This document shows positions 6,251-10,788 of a stretch of DNA of 10,788 bases, in pieces. Position 1 is the stretch's first letter. The number at the start of each line of letters is the position of its first letter. The DNA is from a virus. Lineage: Duplodnaviria; Heunggongvirae; Uroviricota; Caudoviricetes. Where the stretch lies: IMG/VR virus record IMGVR_UViG_2660237933_000006, positions 1 through 10,788 of that record; one strand, 5' to 3'. The position numbers and the translations under genes are program-made. The notes beneath the pieces were generated by a model. It saw nothing but the letters and a program-made list of their open reading frames with translations. It was not told the origin of the DNA and made no database searches.

Positions 6251-9200
6251 TCAGCTGATACTGATGCCTGCGGTGGATTTTTTCATCACCACAACCAGCA
6301 GATCGCTGATACTGGTTGTTGGTGTCCAGTTATTCGCTCCTGATGAAGATACGGTGAATGTCAGTGTCAGCGTCCCCTGTCCGGCAGGCATATCTATAAC
6401 TGAGGAAAATACGCCCTGAGCATCCGTCGTGGACTGATTAAAAATCTCCTGACCATTGCGGGTCACTCTTAACCGGCAGGTTGAATACCAGTATGACTGT
6501 TGGTTATTACTGTTGAAATTCTCATGCTTACCACCGCGGAATAACACTGGCGGTATCATGACCTGCCGGTCAAATTTCTGATCATCACTGATTCTTACCG
6601 TGATGGTGCCACTGGCATAACTGTTCGTGCGGGGGAAAGACTTGCTGACCGTTTTGACAATATCGCCTTCAATCTGATTGGCTGACAGTTTCCCCTTAAT
6701 CTGACAGTTTTCATTAATCGTGACATTGTTGAGCGTCCCTGAATTTGCATTCACATTACCGCTGATATCCGCATTTTTAGCGGTCAGCTTTCCGTCCGGT
6801 GTCAGGGAAAATACCGGAGGATTACCGCCGCTGGTAATGGTGGGAGCCGTCAGGCGTTTCAGGAACACGTCGTTCATGAATATCTGATCGCCCTGCCCAA
6901 CAAACATCGGCTTTGTGTTGCCATTCGCAGGATTAATCATCGCAATCCTGTCTGCCGCCAGCAGCACCTGACTCTGCATGCCGTCAGGGGTGTTCTCAAT
7001 ACCGGCACCAATACCCGCGATATAAAGGCGTCCGTCCTGCATCTGCTGCAGCTTCACAGCCCACATGCTGTTCAGGTTATTATTTGTATCAACCTGAACT
7101 TTCTGTATCTGCTGGATCGCTGCACTCTGGTCTTCCAGTTTCTTATTGACGGTCTGTGTGATTTCATTGCTGACATCCGTAATGGATGTCCTGATTTCAG
7201 CCAGGTCAGGCGCAAGCTGACCGTTATCAATCTGCGTCCACAGCTCCTGAGCCAGATGGGTTTTCCCTATCTCGCCTTTGAAAAAATCCAGATAGCCGGA
7301 TGCATCATCACTCGGCTGACCAACAGCCTCCACGAATGCCGATTTGCCAACGGTGTTCACACTGCGAACGTAAAAATAATAATCATGGCCCGGTTTGATA
7401 TTGATACTGGCGGCTATCCAGTACAGCGCCGTACCAAGATAGCGGGCTGTGGTTTCAACCTGCCTGATATCGGTAATCCGCTTTTCCGAGAACCAGAACT
7501 CAAACTGTACCGTCGGATCATAAACCGCAAGATGCGGCGTGGCGGTTATCTGAAAATACCCCGGCGTCAGCTCAATCCGCGACGGCGCTGCCGGGGCGGC
7601 AATCCGGAACGATACCGACGCCGGATCGCCCTGCTGTCCCCACGCATTTACCGCCCGGACTGTCAGCGTGTACCGCCCCAGCGCCAGTTGCGTGAAGCGG
7701 TATGTGGTTTCTGTCGTCCGGGCCGTGCTGACCAGCCGCTCACTGCCGTCGTCCGCTGCCACGGTCAGGCGAAGCATAAAGCTCACGCCCTTCACCACCT
7801 TCGGTGTGTCCCATCGCGCCAGCACCTGATATTCCCCGCTGTCTGCAGTGACTTCTGCGGTCAGGTGCTGCACCGCTGGCGGCGTGACACCATTCACCGT
7901 GCCACTCTGTTCGCCGTCAAAGTGCGCCCCGTTATCCACGATGGCCTCTTTTTCCGGCACATGCTGCACGGCGGTGATGGCATACGTGCCGTCGTCGTTC
8001 TCACGGATACTCACGCAGCGGAACAGGCGCTGGCGCAGCGTCGGCAGCTTAAGCCCCCACACGCTGTATTCAGCAACACCCTCAGGAACACGGCTCACTT
8101 TTACCTTCACGCCGTCGGTGACGGACTGAACCTCCACGCTGACCGGATTGCCACTTCCGTCAACCAGGCTTATCAGCGTGGTACCGGAGGATGGCAGCGT
8201 GATTTCACGGTCGAGCGTCAGCGTCCGGGTCTGGCTGTTCACCGCCAGCACACGACCACCGGTGCTGATACCGGCATAGTCATCATCGCAGATTTCAATA
8301 ACATCGCCCGGTACATGGCGAAGCCCTTCTGCGCCGACGCTGAAATCCACGGTCTGCGTCTCCAGCAGCTCCGTTTTAATCAGCCACAGCCCGGCGCGGT
8401 GTGCCTGCCCCCGGCTGGTACAGCCAAAGGCATCCATCTTCGTAACATTACGACCGTAACGGGCAATGGCCTGCGTATCTTCAACAAGCTCTGTCGCCGT
8501 CTCCCAGCCGTTGTTCGGGTCAATCCAGTTCACCTCAACGGCATTATGGCGGTCCTTCAGGGCGCTGAAGCTGTAGCGGAACGGCGCGCCATCATCCGGC
8601 ATCACCACATTACTGCGGTTATAGGTCCACACCTTATCTGATGGTCGGTCCTGCACGAACGTCAGCGTCTGCCCGTTCCATACCGGCATACAGCGCATCG
8701 CCGAGCAGAAATCACTGAGCACATCCCACGCCTTACGCTGCGTGGTCAGGTAGGCATTACAGGTGATGCGCGGCTCCGTGCCGCCAAAACCGTCCGGCAC
8801 TGACTGGTCGCAGTACTGGCCGATGACATACAGCGCCCATTTATCCACATCCGCCGCACCAAGACGTTTCCCCATGCCGTAGCGCGGGTGGGTCAGCATA
8901 TCCCACAGACACCAGGCCATGTTGTTGCTGTATGCTGGTTTTAACGTTCCGTCCCAGATACCGCTGTATTGTCGCGTCTGCGGGTTATAGTTCGACGGCA
9001 CCTGCAGAATGCGCCCGCGAAGATGATAATTACGACTCACCTGCTGGCTGCCGAACTGCTCCGAGTCCACCTGTACGCCGACCAGTGCCGTGTTCGGGTA
9101 GCACTGTTTCACATCGATGATTTCGGTGTATGACGACCAGAGCGTTTTGTTCTGCAGCTGGTCTGTGGTGCTGTCCGGCGTCATCCTGCGCATCCGGATA

Positions 9201-9733
9201 TTAAACGGGCGCGGCGGCAGGTTATCCACCACCACCGAGGCCAGATACTGCGAGGTGGTTTTGCCCTTAATGGTGATGTCTTTTTCCGTCACCCAGCCAC
9301 CATTACGCTGTATCTGAACCAGCAGGCGAACTTCCGACGGATTCCGGTCCCCCTTTGAGGTGGTTTCCACCAGTGCCTGCACACCGAAGGTAAAGCGCAG
9401 TCGGTCGATGTTTGCCGACGTGATGGTGCGGGTGATCGGCGTGTCATATTTCACTTCCGTACCCAGCACCGTCTCGGAGCCGGAGGATTCAAACCCCTCC
9501 GGCGGAGTCTGCTCCTGCTCACCTGCCCGGAACACCACCGTGACACCGGAGATGTTGGTATTCCCCTCAGTGTCCAGCACCGGCGTACTGTTCAGCAGCA
9601 CGCTTTTTAAGCCATCCACCGGACCTTCAATCGGGCCTTCACTAATGGCATCAATCACACTCAGCAACTGCGTTGATTTCAGGTTGTCCTTCGCTTCACG
9701 CGGGGTATGCCCCTTACTGCTGCCTTTACCCAT
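6251..9733 (-). CDS. J: Tail tip / host-specificity protein J (central tail fiber)
   Basis: 1160-aa ORF. N-terminus [42 protein letters not shown]... matches lambda J as I recall it, with long similar stretches through the fibronectin-like central region. Size and position (between I and lom) match lambda J, recalled as 1132 aa. Confidence 0.93.
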   Translation of the reverse strand: MGKGSSKGHTPREAKDNLKSTQLLSVIDAISEGPIEGPVDGLKSVLLNSTPVLDTEGNTNISGVTVVFRAGEQEQTPPEGFESSGSETVLGTEVKYDTPITRTITSANIDRLRFTFGVQALVETTSKGDRNPSEVRLLVQIQRNGGWVTEKDITIKGKTTSQYLASVVVDNLPPRPFNIRMRRMTPDSTTDQLQNKTLWSSYTEIIDVKQCYPNTALVGVQVDSEQFGSQQVSRNYHLRGRILQVPSNYNPQTRQYSGIWDGTLKPAYSNNMAWCLWDMLTHPRYGMGKRLGAADVDKWALYVIGQYCDQSVPDGFGGTEPRITCNAYLTTQRKAWDVLSDFCSAMRCMPVWNGQTLTFVQDRPSDKVWTYNRSNVVMPDDGAPFRYSFSALKDRHNAVEVNWIDPNNGWETATELVEDTQAIARYGRNVTKMDAFGCTSRGQAHRAGLWLIKTELLETQTVDFSVGAEGLRHVPGDVIEICDDDYAGISTGGRVLAVNSQTRTLTLDREITLPSSGTTLISLVDGSGNPVSVEVQSVTDGVKVKVSRVPEGVAEYSVWGLKLPTLRQRLFRCVSIRENDDGTYAITAVQHVPEKEAIVDNGAHFDGEQSGTVNGVTPPAVQHLTAEVTADSGEYQVLARWDTPKVVKGVSFMLRLTVAADDGSERLVSTARTTETTYRFTQLALGRYTLTVRAVNAWGQQGDPASVSFRIAAPAAPSRIELTPGYFQITATPHLAVYDPTVQFEFWFSEKRITDIRQVETTARYLGTALYWIAASINIKPGHDYYFYVRSVNTVGKSAFVEAVGQPSDDASGYLDFFKGEIGKTHLAQELWTQIDNGQLAPDLAEIRTSITDVSNEITQTVNKKLEDQSAAIQQIQKVQVDTNNNLNSMWAVKLQQMQDGRLYIAGIGAGIENTPDGMQSQVLLAADRIAMINPANGNTKPMFVGQGDQIFMNDVFLKRLTAPTITSGGNPPVFSLTPDGKLTAKNADISGNVNANSGTLNNVTINENCQIKGKLSANQIEGDIVKTVSKSFPRTNSYASGTITVRISDDQKFDRQVMIPPVLFRGGKHENFNSNNQQSYWYSTCRLRVTRNGQEIFNQSTTDAQGVFSSVIDMPAGQGTLTLTFTVSSSGANNWTPTTSISDLLVVVMKKSTAGISIS

Positions 9734-9740
9734 TCCTCAC

Positions 9741-9776
9741 GCTCCATAAACGACAAAACCGCCCGCAGGCGGTTTC
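9741..9776 (-). terminator. Terminator-like stem-loop in the I-J intergenic spacer
   Basis: On the minus strand: AAACCGCC-TGCG-GGCGGTTT (8-bp stem, plus-strand coordinates 9756-9775) followed by the T-rich TGTCGTTTAT, then SD and the J ATG. Function uncertain. Confidence 0.3.
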
Positions 9777-9793
9777 ACATAAAACATTTTGCA

Positions 9794-10435
9794 TCAGCGA
9801 CCAATCACCACAACCTGACCACCGTCCCCTTCGTCTGCCGTGCTGATCTCCTGAGAAACCACCCGCGACCCCACACGCATTTCACCGTACAGAACAGGCA
9901 GGACATTGCCCTGGGCAACCATGTTATCCAGTGAGGAGAAATAGGTGTTCTGTTTGCCGTTATCCGTTGTCTGTGTACGTGGAGTTTTGGGTTTAGGGGC
10001 CAGCATCTGTGCGACACCACCAAGCGTCATCGCTGCCCCCATAGAAAAGAGAATGTTACTGAAAGCGATACTGATTCCTGGCATCCAGATTGCCGTAGCA
10101 ATCAGCGCCGCCCCCAGCACTGCCTGAAAAACACCACCACTTTTGGCACCCGCCAGACGCGGTACGATGTGGATCACGGCACCATTTGCCAGCGGCTCAT
10201 TAAGACGGGCAGATAATTCGTTTTCGCCTGCATCACGCCCGGCAATCCGTACCTGATACCAGCCGTCGCTCAGTTTCTGACGAAACGCCGGGAGCTGTGT
10301 GGCCAGTGCGCGGATGGCTTCAGCCCCCGTTTTCACACGAAGGTCGATGCGGCGGCCAAATCGTTGCAAATCCCCGTAAAGGCAGATGCGCGCCATGCCC
10401 GGTGACGCCAGAGGGAGTGTGTGCGTCGCTGCCAT
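9794..10435 (-). CDS. I: Tail assembly protein I
   Basis: 213 aa. N-terminus MAATHTLPLASPGMARICLYGDLQRFGRRIDLRVKTGAEAIRALATQLPAFRQKLSDGWYQVRIAGRD and C-terminus ...NVLPVLYGEMRVGSRVVSQEISTADEGDGGQVVVIGR match lambda I from memory. The first 103 nt overlap the 3' end of K in another frame. Confidence 0.9.
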   Translation of the reverse strand: MAATHTLPLASPGMARICLYGDLQRFGRRIDLRVKTGAEAIRALATQLPAFRQKLSDGWYQVRIAGRDAGENELSARLNEPLANGAVIHIVPRLAGAKSGGVFQAVLGAALIATAIWMPGISIAFSNILFSMGAAMTLGGVAQMLAPKPKTPRTQTTDNGKQNTYFSSLDNMVAQGNVLPVLYGEMRVGSRVVSQEISTADEGDGGQVVVIGR

Positions 10436-10788
10436 TTGTCGGTATACCTCTCTCGTTTGCTCAGTTGTTCAGGAATATGGTGCAGCAGCTCGCCGTCGCC
10501 GCAGTAAATTGCGGCGTGATTCGGCACCGATGAACCAAAACAGCACAGCAGCACATCGCCCGGCTGTGCCGCTGACAACGGCACCTGATACAGCCCCGTC
10601 GCCTCCAGATTATCCAGATAGAGATTCTGGCCGTTACGCCACCAGTCATCCTCACGATGAAAGTCCGGCATCTCAATCCCCGCCAGATGATAAGCATCCC
10701 GGAACAGTGTGTAACAGTCCGTCACACCGTGCTCAAAGCGCCGCCCGGTGAGATGCGGCACACAGCGGAACTTATGAATCGCCCCCCG
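10333..10788 (-). CDS. K: Tail assembly protein K, C-terminal NlpC/P60-like part; 5' end lies beyond the window
   Basis: The reading frame is open from the window edge (hand translation of 10762-10788 gives RGAIHKFRC with no stop); the ORF-track start at 10761 is an internal GTG. The translation carries the Cys (VTDCYTLF) and His (HHAAIYCGDG) motifs of NlpC/P60 peptidase domains, as in lambda K. Position upstream of and overlapping I matches lambda. Confidence 0.85.
   Translation of the reverse strand, partial: RGAIHKFRCVPHLTGRRFEHGVTDCYTLFRDAYHLAGIEMPDFHREDDWWRNGQNLYLDNLEATGLYQVPLSAAQPGDVLLCCFGSSVPNHAAIYCGDGELLHHIPEQLSKRERYTDKWQRRTHSLWRHRAWRASAFTGICNDLAAASTFV

Larger units (their letters stand above)
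1084..10788. mobile_element. Lambda-like prophage, integrase-proximal end; extends beyond the right edge of the window
   Basis: Starts immediately 3' of a tRNA, followed by a tyrosine integrase and a syntenic lambda distal tail module (K-I-J-lom-stf-tfa). The exact att core cannot be set without the other prophage end; it probably overlaps the 3' part of argW. Confidence 0.85.

Noticed and set aside
5369-6419. Small plus-strand ORFs antisense to stf, lom and J (5369-5596, 5725-5982, 6073-6258, 6237-6419)
   Set aside because: Short, antisense to supported genes or spanning terminator hairpins; no start context.
7256-8641. 461-aa plus-strand ORF antisense to J, plus the smaller antisense ORFs at 7848-8129, 8932-9120, 9117-9317 and 9360-9749
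   Set aside because: Entirely within the J coding region on the opposite strand, Arg/Cys-rich composition typical of antisense reading of GC-rich genes, no ribosome-binding site or homology signal.
9707-10761. Alternative-frame ORFs over I and K (9707-9934 +, 9805-10023 -, 9945-10127 +, 10297-10533 +, 10386-10751 +, 10461-10697 -)
   Set aside because: Nested in or antisense to the K and I genes. The only real overlap here is the K/I frame overlap already described.
1-10788. Defence island, toxin-antitoxin or other non-structural accessory system
   Set aside because: Every substantial ORF is accounted for by a core gene, the integrase or lambda-type tail proteins, and the intergenic spaces are under 300 bp. 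I see no candidate coding capacity for an additional system in this window.

Overview
This window is the left junction of a lambda-like prophage integrated at the argW tRNA-Arg(CCU) locus of an Escherichia/Shigella-type chromosome. The order is yfdC (1-933, +), argW (1009-1083, +), an IntS/CPS-53-type tyrosine integrase (1245-2402, +), then, convergent on the minus strand, a lambda-like distal tail module K (partial), I, J, lom, stf, tfa. Protein identities are from the supplied translations compared with my memory of lambda and K-12 proteins; no database search was run. I did not find a defence system, toxin-antitoxin pair, CRISPR array, reverse transcriptase or any clearly undescribed system. 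The observations most worth a second look are: (1) a near-perfect in-frame 2 x 315 bp tandem duplication inside stf; (2) the integrase stop lies only 94 bp from the tfa stop, with no cargo between them; (3) short repeat motifs at the int start and in the int-tfa spacer; (4) hairpin elements bracketing lom and lying between I and J. The large alternative-frame ORFs inside stf and J are treated as artefacts of GC-rich, low-complexity coding sequence.
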